Source of the DNA: an uncultured delta proteobacterium
GTDB taxonomy: Bacteria; Myxococcota_A; Polyangia; Polyangiales; Polyangiaceae
Direction: 5' to 3'
DNA length: 64,000 nucleotides
NCBI GenBank assembly: GCA_963696385.1
Contig: CAVOKF010000007.1
Location: forward strand, 512,001 to 576,000
Below the pieces are notes generated by a model. The model made no database searches and was not told the DNA's origin. It worked only from the letters and a program-made list of their open reading frames with translations. A program made the position numbers and the translations under genes. Shown here piece after piece: positions 1 to 8,758 of this stretch; the first letter of the stretch is position 1, and each line of letters starts with the position of its first letter.

Positions 1-732
1 CAGCCGGGCCGCTTCGTCGTCGGCCAGCGCCCGACGGGCGAGGTCCTATGCGGCGACCTGTCGGACGCGAGCACGCCCCATCTGCTCGTCGGCGGGACGA
101 CGGGCAGCGGCAAGTCCGTTCTTCTTTGCAGTCTCATCGCGAGTCTCGTCCATTGTCATGGACCGTCCGCGATCCGCTTCATCCTCATCGACCCGAAACG
201 GGTCACATTCAACCTGCCGTCCTTCCAATCGGCGGTCGGTGCGCACCTGGATGGGCCGATTGGCCACGACGCGGACGAAGCGATCCCGATTATCGAGCGG
301 CTCGTCGATGTGATGGAGGAACGCTACCGCCTCTTCGAGCAGGCGCACGTGAGCGACATCCGCGAGTACAACGAGAGCCGGATCCCGGGGGAATGCCTCG
401 AGCGAAAGATCGTGGTGATGGACGAGTTCCAGGATCTGACCGCGGAGAAATCCACCGCGACACCGTTCTTCGCCGGCGTAAAGCGCCTCGGCGCAAAAGC
501 ACGGGCGGCGGGGGTGCACCTCATTCTCGCCACCCAGCGCCCGGACAAGGATGTCGTCCCTCCCCTGCTGAGGACCAACCTCGCCGGCAAGATCGCCCTC
601 CGCGTGGCGACGGCAACGAACTCACGGATCATCCTCGACGAAGGAGGAGCGGAGCGCCTGCTCGGCAAGGGAGACCTTCTGGCGAATCTCGGCCACGGCC
701 TCGTTCGCGCCCAGGCGCCGCTCGTCGGGTGA
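1..732 (+). CDS. FtsK/SpoIIIE-family ATPase, 5'-truncated by the window edge; no C-terminal gamma domain
   Basis: Frame 1 is open from base 1: PHLLVGGTTGSGKS (Walker A), ILIDPK, IVVMDEFQDL (Walker B), KARAAGVHLILATQRP, GAERLLGKGDLL; stops at 732. Confidence 0.9.
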   Translation, partial: QPGRFVVGQRPTGEVLCGDLSDASTPHLLVGGTTGSGKSVLLCSLIASLVHCHGPSAIRFILIDPKRVTFNLPSFQSAVGAHLDGPIGHDADEAIPIIERLVDVMEERYRLFEQAHVSDIREYNESRIPGECLERKIVVMDEFQDLTAEKSTATPFFAGVKRLGAKARAAGVHLILATQRPDKDVVPPLLRTNLAGKIALRVATATNSRIILDEGGAERLLGKGDLLANLGHGLVRAQAPLVG

Positions 733-880
733 CGGCCGCGATCCCAGAGTCGCAAGTAGGCGGTGTCGCCCGGAGGGGTGACCTCGACTTCGACAGGTGC
801 TCGCGGACGCGCTGGGGGAGCACCGGGGGCGAAGCGGCTGCGAGATCTCCTCGAGAGCCGTCGGTGAAGCTCGTTTCGGC

Positions 881-1477
881 TCAGGCGCGCGCCCGGGCTT
901 CGACGGCTGAGCATTGACCAGCCCGCACATGCAGGACCCGGGCCTCGACCTGACGCACCAACTCGACGTCGTGCGTCGCGAGGAGCACCGTCGACTCTCG
1001 CAGCCTTCGGACGACCGCGTCGCGCGTCTCCGCGTCGAGGGCGTTGGTGGGCTCGTCGAGCACGAGCAGCGCCGGGGTGCCGAGCAGCGCAGCGCAAAGC
1101 GACACCCGCTGGCGCTGCCCGGTCGACAGCGCCGAGATCCGCCTGCCCAGCAGCGCTTCGACGCCGAGCCCTTCGACCTCGGGAGATCCGACGCCTTGCA
1201 GGGATGCGACCACGTCAAGCCACTCTGAGACGAGCAGGTGGTCCGGGATGTCCGGCTTCTCCGGCGCGTACCCCACCGACGCCGGCCGGACGACCCTCCC
1301 GGAGTTGGGGTCGATCACGCCAGCCGCGATGGCGAGGAGCGTCGACTTGCCGGACCCGTTGTCGCCGAGCAACGCCACGCGCTCTCCGGCGAACACCGTC
1401 AGCGAGATCTCGTGCACAGCCCGCTTGGTGCCGAAGTACTTCGTCACGCGATCGAGCGAAAGGACCGGCGCTACCAC
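881..1477 (-). CDS. ABC transporter ATP-binding protein
   Basis: GDNGSGKST, LSTGQRQR, LLVLDEPT, ATHD; GTG start overlaps the stop of the upstream membrane-protein gene. Confidence 0.88.
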   Translation of the reverse strand: MVAPVLSLDRVTKYFGTKRAVHEISLTVFAGERVALLGDNGSGKSTLLAIAAGVIDPNSGRVVRPASVGYAPEKPDIPDHLLVSEWLDVVASLQGVGSPEVEGLGVEALLGRRISALSTGQRQRVSLCAALLGTPALLVLDEPTNALDAETRDAVVRRLRESTVLLATHDVELVRQVEARVLHVRAGQCSAVEARARA

Positions 1478-2619
1478 GCGACACCGACGCCCGTCGCCAG
1501 CGCCGCGACCACGACCACCCCGACGACGAACAGCGTCGGGCTGCGTCGCGTGCGGCGATCGTGCCAACGCGCCCATCCGGCTGTCGCACAAGCGATGGGC
1601 ACGGCCCAGACCCCTGCGGCCCCGCCGAGTGGCAACGCAGGTACGTGCGCGAGGACGCCCGCGATCGCTCCCGCCGTGGCCGCGAAGGCGGACGACGGTA
1701 CCGCCAGCGCGAGGGCGAACGCCGCGAGCAACGTCGTCCAGCGTGTACGCGTCACGCGGGCGAGGGCGCGCACGCGGTCTTCCGTCTCGCGCACCGGCCC
1801 GACGAGGACTGCAGCGCAGAGCGTGAGCGGAAGGGCCAGGACGGCGAGGGCCCGGGCGACTGGCCGCGCCGGAGGATCGTTCACGAGCGACAACCCCAAA
1901 GCCGCCGTTCCCAGCGCCACGCTCCCCAGGGCGAGCGCCACTCGGGCTCGCGCGACCCGCACCATGCGAAGCAGGTGAACGATGGCAAGGACGAGCACTG
2001 GCGAGGTCACGCGCGTTGCGCGAACGTCCCGAGCGGTTGCGTCGAGCGCTACATTCCAAGCGGAGGCGACTCCTGCGACCGCGAGGACTGCGGCGGGGAC
2101 GACGGTCAGCATCGGGCGTGCGTCTACGACGACGAGCACCAGCGCTCCGAGCGCGAACACCACCGCGGGGGGCCGGCGTGTGGCAGCGACGACGGAAGCC
2201 TGCGCGGCGACTGCGAACGCCATCGCGACAAGCGCGCTGATTGCCCCTTCGGCCCTCGCGAAGAGGAGTCCGTACGGGGCCTGCGCCAGAAGCAGCAGCG
2301 CCGCAAGCGCCGCGACCCAAGCCCTACGGGGGACGGTCAAGGTCCGCAGCGTCCGCGTTCCCGGCGCATCGAAGGCCCCGGAGACGACGGGCGTCGCGAG
2401 CAGGCACCACCCGACCGTCAGCAGCAGGCGTGCGCCCAGGCTGGAATGGAACAGACGGGTGACATCGCGCGCGTGGATGCCGTTACCGGCGAAGAGAATC
2501 GTGGCGACGATGCCCACCGCGCTCCAGAGGGCCAGCGCCCGCAGCAGCACGGGCCAACCCGCCGTCACGAGCAGCGCGCGGAAGACGTGGCGGGCCTTAG
2601 GCGCCATCGCGACGAGCAT
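1471..2619 (-). CDS. Polytopic membrane protein, probable ABC permease partner
   Basis: 382 aa with many hydrophobic helices; translationally coupled to the ABC ATPase. Confidence 0.7.
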   Translation of the reverse strand: MLVAMAPKARHVFRALLVTAGWPVLLRALALWSAVGIVATILFAGNGIHARDVTRLFHSSLGARLLLTVGWCLLATPVVSGAFDAPGTRTLRTLTVPRRAWVAALAALLLLAQAPYGLLFARAEGAISALVAMAFAVAAQASVVAATRRPPAVVFALGALVLVVVDARPMLTVVPAAVLAVAGVASAWNVALDATARDVRATRVTSPVLVLAIVHLLRMVRVARARVALALGSVALGTAALGLSLVNDPPARPVARALAVLALPLTLCAAVLVGPVRETEDRVRALARVTRTRWTTLLAAFALALAVPSSAFAATAGAIAGVLAHVPALPLGGAAGVWAVPIACATAGWARWHDRRTRRSPTLFVVGVVVVAALATGVGVAW

Positions 2620-2640
2620 AACGCCAAGATGGCACGAGGT

Positions 2641-2731
2641 CCCCGACCCCGACCTTACCTCGACCTTACCCCGACCCCGACCTTACCCAACCCCGACCCC
2701 GACCTACCTCGACCTCGACCCCGACCCCGAC
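2641..2731. repeat. Degenerate intergenic hexamer array (GACCCC/GACCTC/GACCTTA)
   Basis: Seen directly: ccccgaccccgaccttacctcgaccttaccccgaccccgacc... Confidence 0.8.
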
Positions 2732-3510
2732 TATCGCACCCGCCCACGCCCACGCGAGAAGAGGCTCAAGACGAAGCAGGCACCCGCGAACAGGACGACC
2801 AGAGGGCCGGCCTCACGATGCAGGAGGTGCGCGGCGTACGTCCCGGCGAGCGTCGTGAACACGGAGACGGCCACCGCAATGGTGAGCATACTGTTCAAGT
2901 TGCCTGCGAGCCGCTTCGCGGTGGCGGCCGGGATGATCGCCAGCGAGCCGATGAGGAGCACGCCCAGGTAGCGAAGGCCGAGCGCAATCGTGAGGGCAAA
3001 GACGATGAGAAAGTGCAGGTTGAGCCGAGCCACGTCAATGCCGGCCGTGCGCGCCATCTCGGGGGAGATCAACGCGAGGACCAGCCGGTGGCGCTCGTAC
3101 AGCACGAACGCCACGACGACGGTGGCCACGACGAGGCCCGCGACCGTCTCGGCCATCGTGAAGCTGCCGGAGCCACCGAAGAGCGCCTCGATGAGCTCGT
3201 CGCCACTGGCCAGCAGACTGCCGGCCGCGAGCGCCATGGAGAAGACGACGCCGATGACCGTTTCGGTGGACAGGCGCGTTCGCTGCTCCAGGGTCCAGAC
3301 GATCAGCGCGCCGAGCAGCAAGGCGGCGAGCCCGCCGAGCATGGCATGGACGTGCAGCAGGACCGCCACGCCGATGCCAGGCAAAGCGATGTGCGAGATG
3401 GCGTCGGCCGCGAGCGTCATCCTTCGCATCACGGCGAAGCAGCCGACGAGACCAGCGGCGACCCCCGTGCCGATTGCGACGACCACCCCGCTAGCTTCGA
3501 GGCCAGTCAT
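2731..3510 (-). CDS. Zn/Mn-type metal ABC transporter permease (ZnuB/MntB family)
   Basis: GCFAVMRRMTLAADAISHIALPG and LGVLLIGSLAIIPAATA are ABC-3 permease signatures; ATG at 3510. Confidence 0.9.
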   Translation of the reverse strand: MTGLEASGVVVAIGTGVAAGLVGCFAVMRRMTLAADAISHIALPGIGVAVLLHVHAMLGGLAALLLGALIVWTLEQRTRLSTETVIGVVFSMALAAGSLLASGDELIEALFGGSGSFTMAETVAGLVVATVVVAFVLYERHRLVLALISPEMARTAGIDVARLNLHFLIVFALTIALGLRYLGVLLIGSLAIIPAATAKRLAGNLNSMLTIAVAVSVFTTLAGTYAAHLLHREAGPLVVLFAGACFVLSLFSRGRGRVR

Positions 3511-4249
3511 GGACGTGGTAGCCCACGGGCGCGCCGTAGACCTGCTCCAGCATGGCGGGGGTGAGCACGCTCGCGGGCGCGCCGAGACATGGGCTGCCGC
3601 CGTGCGCCAGGCAGAGCACATTCGACGCGTAGCGATAGACGACGCTGAGGTCGTGCGAGATGAACAGGACCGTCATGCCCCGCTCGCGGCAGAGACGTTC
3701 GATCGTCGCGTTCATGTTCTCCTGGCCGGGCTGGTCCACGCCGGCCGTGGGCTCGTCGAGCAGCAGGACGCTGGGTTCGCCGACCAAGGCCACGGCGACC
3801 AGCAGACGCTGGAACTGGCCTCCGGAGAGCGCACCGATAGGCTTCCGCAGGAGCGCGTCGGGAAAACCGACGGCGGCGGTGGCGCGGGCCACGTCGGCTC
3901 GCGGCACGCCCGTGACCGCCACTTTGGCCCGGAGGAAGTCTGCGGCGGTCACGGGGAGGTCCCGCTCGATGTCGAGCTTCTGCGGCACGTATCCGAGCCT
4001 CATGTCCTTGGCCCACCGGATCTGGCCCTCGAATGGAAGCGCACCCGTGAGCGCCTTGAAGAGCACTGTCTTCCCGGCCCCGTTCGGGCCGAGGATCGCC
4101 AGCGAGGTGGCTCGCGGCACGCTGAAGGACAGGTGATCGAGAACCGTGGTTTCGTCGAACCGTACGAATAGCCCCTCGACCTCGAGAGCACTGCTCGGAT
4201 CGCGGACTGCGTGCAGGATGTCGCGGCGCGCGGGGTGCCTGGAGGCCAT
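3491..4249 (-). CDS. Zn/Mn-type metal ABC transporter ATP-binding protein (ZnuC-like)
   Basis: GPNGAGKT, GYVPQK, LSGGQFQR, LLLDEPTAGVD, ISHDL; C-terminal YHVH; start 4249 or 4264. Confidence 0.9.
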   Translation of the reverse strand: MASRHPARRDILHAVRDPSSALEVEGLFVRFDETTVLDHLSFSVPRATSLAILGPNGAGKTVLFKALTGALPFEGQIRWAKDMRLGYVPQKLDIERDLPVTAADFLRAKVAVTGVPRADVARATAAVGFPDALLRKPIGALSGGQFQRLLVAVALVGEPSVLLLDEPTAGVDQPGQENMNATIERLCRERGMTVLFISHDLSVVYRYASNVLCLAHGGSPCLGAPASVLTPAMLEQVYGAPVGYHVHDWPRS

Positions 4250-4373
4250 GCGGGAGTCGCTCAAGGTTTAGCCCCACTCCACGGGCTCCCAGAATGCTTC
4301 GGGCGCCGCATCGGGCACCCAAGCGGCTTCTGGCGAAGTTTGCAGAACGAATATACGTGTTTCTCCCGCGGAC

Positions 4374-5321
4374 CTATTGGGTGAGCGCGGTAAGCGACGA
4401 GACGCAGAAGCTGAAGGGCGTGGCGGTGGCCGAGCCCGGAATCTGGAATTCAATGATCGCGACCAGCGTGGGATCCCAGGTCTCGGCAGTCTCCCACGAG
4501 CCTTGGCCCAGGGGCGGAACCGAAGCAGGAACGGTGTTCAGACCAATCGTGTCGACCATGGCGAAGAAGACGTTGTCGTCGCCCTTCTTGCCATAGGCAA
4601 ACCGAATTCCACCGGCGGGAAGTGTTCCGGACAACATGAAGCTGAATCCCGTGACGCCGTTCTTTGTCAGATTGAATGGCTGTTGCCCGCCGGTGTCGTT
4701 CAGCTCGAACCCGATGCCGCCGTACGAGTTCGCGCTCGCGGCGAGAGTACCTTGCGTGCACATGTTGCCCCCGACGTTCGCGAAGCTGCCCGTGCCGGGA
4801 GATATGGTCGAGGCGGTATCGGCGTAGGTAAACCAGTTGCCGTTTATTCCCAAGGAGTTACTCGCGGCATCCACGTGGCCCGTCGCGTCCGGAGTAATCA
4901 GGACGCCAGTCCCGGTCACCGACGAGTCCCCCGGTCCCGAAGGAGTACCTGCGGCCGATCCGTCGCCACTGGCCGTGGCTGAAGAGCCCCCGCCGGAGGA
5001 GCCGGCCGCGGCCGAAGAGGCGCTGCTGGACGGAGAGCTGCTCGTCGAGGATCCGCCACTGGACGGAGAACTGCTGCTCGTCGAGGATCCGCCGCCGGAC
5101 GGAAAGCCGGCCACGGCCGAAGACCCGCCACTGGCGCTCGTCGAGGATCCGCCGCTGGCTGCGGAACTGCCAACGTCAGAGCCGGCGCTCGCGGCGGAAG
5201 TGCTGCCCAATCCCGCGTTTTCCGTGCCTGCCGTCGCACCGCCGCCCGGCCCCTGGGCGCAAGCCATCCATGGCCCAGCGGCGATTGCAACCAGTGAAAT
5301 GCCCGGCCGACCCAGCTTCAT
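4374..5321 (-). CDS. Secreted lipoprotein with Ser/Gly linker and putative carbohydrate-binding beta domain
   Basis: Signal ending WMA-C, long S/G tract, then GINGNWFTYAD...GGIGFELN...GVTGFSF resembling CBM11-like modules. Confidence 0.6.
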   Translation of the reverse strand: MKLGRPGISLVAIAAGPWMACAQGPGGGATAGTENAGLGSTSAASAGSDVGSSAASGGSSTSASGGSSAVAGFPSGGGSSTSSSSPSSGGSSTSSSPSSSASSAAAGSSGGGSSATASGDGSAAGTPSGPGDSSVTGTGVLITPDATGHVDAASNSLGINGNWFTYADTASTISPGTGSFANVGGNMCTQGTLAASANSYGGIGFELNDTGGQQPFNLTKNGVTGFSFMLSGTLPAGGIRFAYGKKGDDNVFFAMVDTIGLNTVPASVPPLGQGSWETAETWDPTLVAIIEFQIPGSATATPFSFCVSSLTALTQ

Positions 5322-5467
5322 GCGCGCGAAGACTACCGCGGCCGAGCGCCCAGCGGAAGCGCTTGCTCGAGGCGCTTGGTCCAGAACTGCTCTGGGTGGA
5401 CGGCGCCGCTCCGTCGATGGTGTCCGTTCGGCGCCGACGCGGGCCATGCGCGGACGGAGCGTGTCCG

Positions 5468-6046
5468 CTAATCGTCCAATCCGAGACCCTCGAGGATCCT
5501 CGGGATGTGCTTCTCCACCCGGGCGGCCCTGGTCGTCGACAGCTTTGGTTGGGAGAAATGGAAGATGTACGCTCGCTGCCGACCCGGCGTCAGCGCGGCG
5601 AAGGCCGCATGCAATTGGGCATTCGCGGCGAGCTTGGACTCAAACTCCGCGGGCAGCTCGATATCCTCGGTCTTTTTGAACTGCACCTTACGCCCGGCGC
5701 GCTCGATCGCGATCGCCTCGCGTACGAAGGCCTTCACCGTCTTCTCGAGCTTGGTCAGCTCTTGGAGGCTCGTGAACCGGATCTGCCGGGCGGCCTGCAC
5801 GTTCTTGGTCTGTTGAATGAGGACGCCCTTGGGGTCCTGGAGCAACGCGCCCTTGTGAAACAGGATGGCGCAATACTCTTTGAAGCCGTGGATGAGCGCG
5901 ACGTTCTTGCCGTCGAGCCCGTAGCATGGCTGGCCCCACTTCAGGTCTTCGGTCAGCCCGCTTTCGAGCAGGATTTCGCGCAGCTTCTCGAACTCCGCGC
6001 GCCACTTGTCCTGCCGCTTCAAAAATGCATCCACCTTGGGGTTCAT
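5468..6046 (-). CDS. YdeI/OmpD-associated family protein (DUF1801 + OmdA)
   Basis: MNPKVDAFLKRQDKW, EDLKWGQPCY, LFHKGALLQDP, LTPGRQRAY, TRAARVEK. Confidence 0.88.
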   Translation of the reverse strand: MNPKVDAFLKRQDKWRAEFEKLREILLESGLTEDLKWGQPCYGLDGKNVALIHGFKEYCAILFHKGALLQDPKGVLIQQTKNVQAARQIRFTSLQELTKLEKTVKAFVREAIAIERAGRKVQFKKTEDIELPAEFESKLAANAQLHAAFAALTPGRQRAYIFHFSQPKLSTTRAARVEKHIPRILEGLGLDD

Positions 6047-6287
6047 CGGCGACCTCCTGTCCCGCGGTGCACGAGCTCCCTTGTACCGCAACGGCGCGCG
6101 CCATGACGAGGGCGGTGTTTGCTCCCAAGCGTCTCGTGCACCCCTTGGTGCAGGACGGGTGGCGAGAGCGCAAGCATCGCAGCGCTGCCCAAGGCAGCTG
6201 CGTCGCCAGCAACCATCGTGCTTGCGCACTGTTGATCCTCGGGCAGCGGCAACCCGGTTCTGCCTTCGAGAACAACCCCTTTTCTCG

Positions 6288-6303
6288 CGGCATACGGCGT
6301 GCA
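6288..6303 (+). promoter_or_regulatory. Putative sigma54 promoter for the diiron-protein gene
   Basis: CGGCATACGGCGTGCA = GG-N10-GC, ~95 bp upstream of ATG 6397. Confidence 0.55.
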
Positions 6304-6396
6304 TGCCACGGGTCCCAAACAGGGGGCGTTCCGCCCCGCAACGAGACTCGTGAAGCCGCCGTCTCGATCGCAAGCCCACCCCTACCGGGAGATCCT

Positions 6397-7314
6397 ATGA
6401 CCATTCAACACAACTACACGTACGCTTCGGCTCTGGACGCCGCCACCCGGGTACACTGGCGGGTCGAAGACGTCGTGGGCAACGGCAAAAATCTCGACTT
6501 TACGAAGCCGTTCTTGCCCGATGCCCTCGCCGGCGTGTCCGGCATCGCTTCCTTGAGCGAGAGCGAGAAGCTCGTATTGAATCAGATTCGCGGCGCCACG
6601 TATCTCCATCTGTTCCAGCTCGTCGAGGAATTCATTCTGCCGTATGCCCATCGACACGCCGGCGACGCGATTCATGGAGACAAGGCTCGCGTGCGAGCGT
6701 TGCTCACGTTCGCCGAAGAGGAAGCAAAGCACCAGGTCCTGTTTCACCGCTTCGCAGAAGCGTTCGAAAAGGGTTTCCCGACGAAACCCGAATTCATCGG
6801 TCCGGCCACGGCCATTGCCAGCGCCGTCTTGGGCCACAGCGATCTCGGCGTGGCGCTCCTGGTCCTGCAGCTCGAGTGGCTCACGCAGCGTCACTACCTC
6901 GAGAGCGTGAAAACGGATGAATCGCTCGACCCCTTGTTCGTGAGTCTTTTGCGCCATCACTGGCAGGAGGAGGCCCAGCATGCGAAGCTCGATACACTGG
7001 TGGCGGCGGAGCTCGCGAGCCAGGCGACGCCCCTGCAGATCGAACAGGCCATCGACGACTTCCTGAAGATCGGCGGGATTCTCGACGGCGGTCTCCAGCA
7101 GCAGGTGCAGTTCGACGTCGCCACGCTCGAGCGCGCGATCGGGCGCACACTCACGCCGGCGCAACGCCAGGAGGTGGAGACCGCGCAACTGAAGTCCTAC
7201 CGCTTCACGTTCCTCGTTTCGGGCCTCGAGCAGCCGAATTTCACGCAAGCCATCGCGGACCTGAGTCCCTCCGGCTTGGCCCGGATCGCGCAAGTGGCGC
7301 GGACGCTGTCGTGA
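6397..7314 (+). CDS. Ferritin-like diiron protein (AurF-like oxygenase family)
   Basis: Carboxylate/His ligand pattern VEEF...EEEAKH...LEW...QEEAQH; GGAG RBS before ATG 6397. Confidence 0.72.
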   Translation: MTIQHNYTYASALDAATRVHWRVEDVVGNGKNLDFTKPFLPDALAGVSGIASLSESEKLVLNQIRGATYLHLFQLVEEFILPYAHRHAGDAIHGDKARVRALLTFAEEEAKHQVLFHRFAEAFEKGFPTKPEFIGPATAIASAVLGHSDLGVALLVLQLEWLTQRHYLESVKTDESLDPLFVSLLRHHWQEEAQHAKLDTLVAAELASQATPLQIEQAIDDFLKIGGILDGGLQQQVQFDVATLERAIGRTLTPAQRQEVETAQLKSYRFTFLVSGLEQPNFTQAIADLSPSGLARIAQVARTLS

Positions 7315-7400
7315 ACGGGTCCGCCCTGACGCCAAACGATGCGGCGTGGATCCCCTCCCGACACCGACGATCATGAAGGGTTGCGAGGCGCTTTCCCCAC

Positions 7401-7431
7401 CCGCCCCTCGGGTGGGGGAAGTGTGCATTCA
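7401..7431. terminator. Hairpin between convergent genes
   Basis: TTCCCCACCCG-cccct-CGGGTGGGGGAA inverted repeat; no poly-T tail. Confidence 0.4.
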
Positions 7432-7977
7432 GGTCTTGGCGGCCGAAGCGAAAAGGGCCACCGCGTCCTGCAAGCTGCGAACGGCGACGGCCAGACGACC
7501 TTCGGCCTCTCGCGTCAGCGCGACCCCAGTGTCTTGCACCGTGATCTCCGCGTCGTTGACGACGAGCGCCGGCAGCGCGCGCGCGCGGAAGAAGCGAAAG
7601 AGAGCCTGAAAGGCAACGCCAACCTCGGCGCCGTGCGAGTCGAGCTTCGTCGTGGCGATACCCAAGGCAGGCCGGTCGACGAGCGCGTCGGGCGGGATCA
7701 GATCGATCAAGGCCTTCAGGCCCGCCGAGTAGGTGGCCTTGTAGACCGGCGTCGAAACAACGATGGCGGCGGCACTCCGGACGACGGACAGAAATGCCGC
7801 GACCGACGGCGCTTCCACGCGGCCCCACAGCAAATCGGCCGCATCGAAGTCGCTCAGCGAAAACAATCGGGTCGACAGGCCGCGACCTTCCAGTTGCCGG
7901 GCGACTTGCTGCGCCACCCGGGTCGACTTCGACGTGGCCGACGGACTGCCCGCGAGAAAAACGACTTGTTGACTCAT
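7429..7977 (-). CDS. ssuE: NADPH-dependent FMN reductase
   Basis: AGSPSATSKS and STPVYKATYSAGLKALIDL; lies within the sulfonate cluster. Confidence 0.8.
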   Translation of the reverse strand: MSQQVVFLAGSPSATSKSTRVAQQVARQLEGRGLSTRLFSLSDFDAADLLWGRVEAPSVAAFLSVVRSAAAIVVSTPVYKATYSAGLKALIDLIPPDALVDRPALGIATTKLDSHGAEVGVAFQALFRFFRARALPALVVNDAEITVQDTGVALTREAEGRLAVAVRSLQDAVALFASAAKT

Positions 7978-8516
7978 GCTCCCTGTTCCCTTTCCCTGGT
8001 GATCGTTCGGCTTGCCCCCGATCGCGGCCCCGGATCGACCAGCCACGATCCGAAGCGGCGGTCAAAATGCAGCAGCGGCGACCCCGCGGAAACGGCGGCC
8101 GCCAGCACCTCGGCGACGAAAATGGTGTGGTCGCCACCGTCGTGAAGCGCGTGGCGCCGGCACTCCAAGGCAGCCAGCGATCCCTCGATGAGAGGGACTC
8201 CGTAGCCGGTGCCGATCGAAAGCGGGATGCCGGCAAATCGGTCGATGCCCGATCGAGCGAACTGCGCGGCGATGGGCGCCTGCCGCTCGTCGAGAATGCT
8301 CACGCCGACATGCTCGCAGGTGAGGATGCGATCGTACGCGCTCGCCTTCTTTCCGACGCAGGCAAGAACGAGCGGGGGGCAAAGCGACAGCGCGCTGAAG
8401 GCCGTGGCGGTGAACCCGACGAGGCCGCTCGGATGCCGGGCCGCCACGATGGTGACCCCGGAGGCGAAACGCGCGAGCGCGTCGCGAAATGCATCGGCAG
8501 CCAACGGCACGTTCAT
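7974..8516 (-). CDS. Flavin reductase (HpaC/DszD-like)
   Basis: FRDALARFASGVTIV, FSALSLCPPLVL, GGDHTIF; 4-bp overlap with ssuE. Confidence 0.88.
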   Translation of the reverse strand: MNVPLAADAFRDALARFASGVTIVAARHPSGLVGFTATAFSALSLCPPLVLACVGKKASAYDRILTCEHVGVSILDERQAPIAAQFARSGIDRFAGIPLSIGTGYGVPLIEGSLAALECRRHALHDGGDHTIFVAEVLAAAVSAGSPLLHFDRRFGSWLVDPGPRSGASRTITREREQGA

Positions 8517-8571
8517 CGAAAAGGCTCCTCGTCCCGCGCGTCCTTTCGGCCGGCGCCGCTTGGTGCTTGGC

Positions 8572-8587
8572 TGCATGCATCGCGCCA
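8572..8587 (-). promoter_or_regulatory. Putative sigma54 promoter for flavin reductase-ssuE
   Basis: Minus strand TGGCGCGATGCATGCA = GG-N10-GC. Confidence 0.6.
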
Positions 8588-8724
8588 AGGCACCGGGAGC
8601 CAGGAGTGACCCGCCGCCGGGCCAAGAGCCCGAGGCTCGATGGCCGCGCGCTTCGCAACCGACTCCCGCCGAAGCCGCGATCTCAACCGAACCGAATCTT
8701 ACGTCTCTTATACTGGACGTGCAT

Positions 8725-8739
8725 CTACTATTATAGTAG
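8725..8739. promoter_or_regulatory. AT-rich palindrome upstream of the sfnR-like gene; possible Rrf2-family (IscR/CymR-type) operator
   Basis: CTACTA-TTA-TAGTAG perfect inverted repeat in an otherwise GC-rich region, 20 bp before ATG. Confidence 0.55.
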
Positions 8740-8758
8740 TCGTTCAGCCCGTGAGACC

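Noticed and set aside
1204..3564. 786-aa plus-strand ORF, and similar long ORFs such as 11705-13798(-), 16544-18682(+), 28725-30464(-), 62257-63696(-)
   Set aside because: Arg/Pro/His-rich antisense shadows of recognisable genes, expected in high-GC DNA
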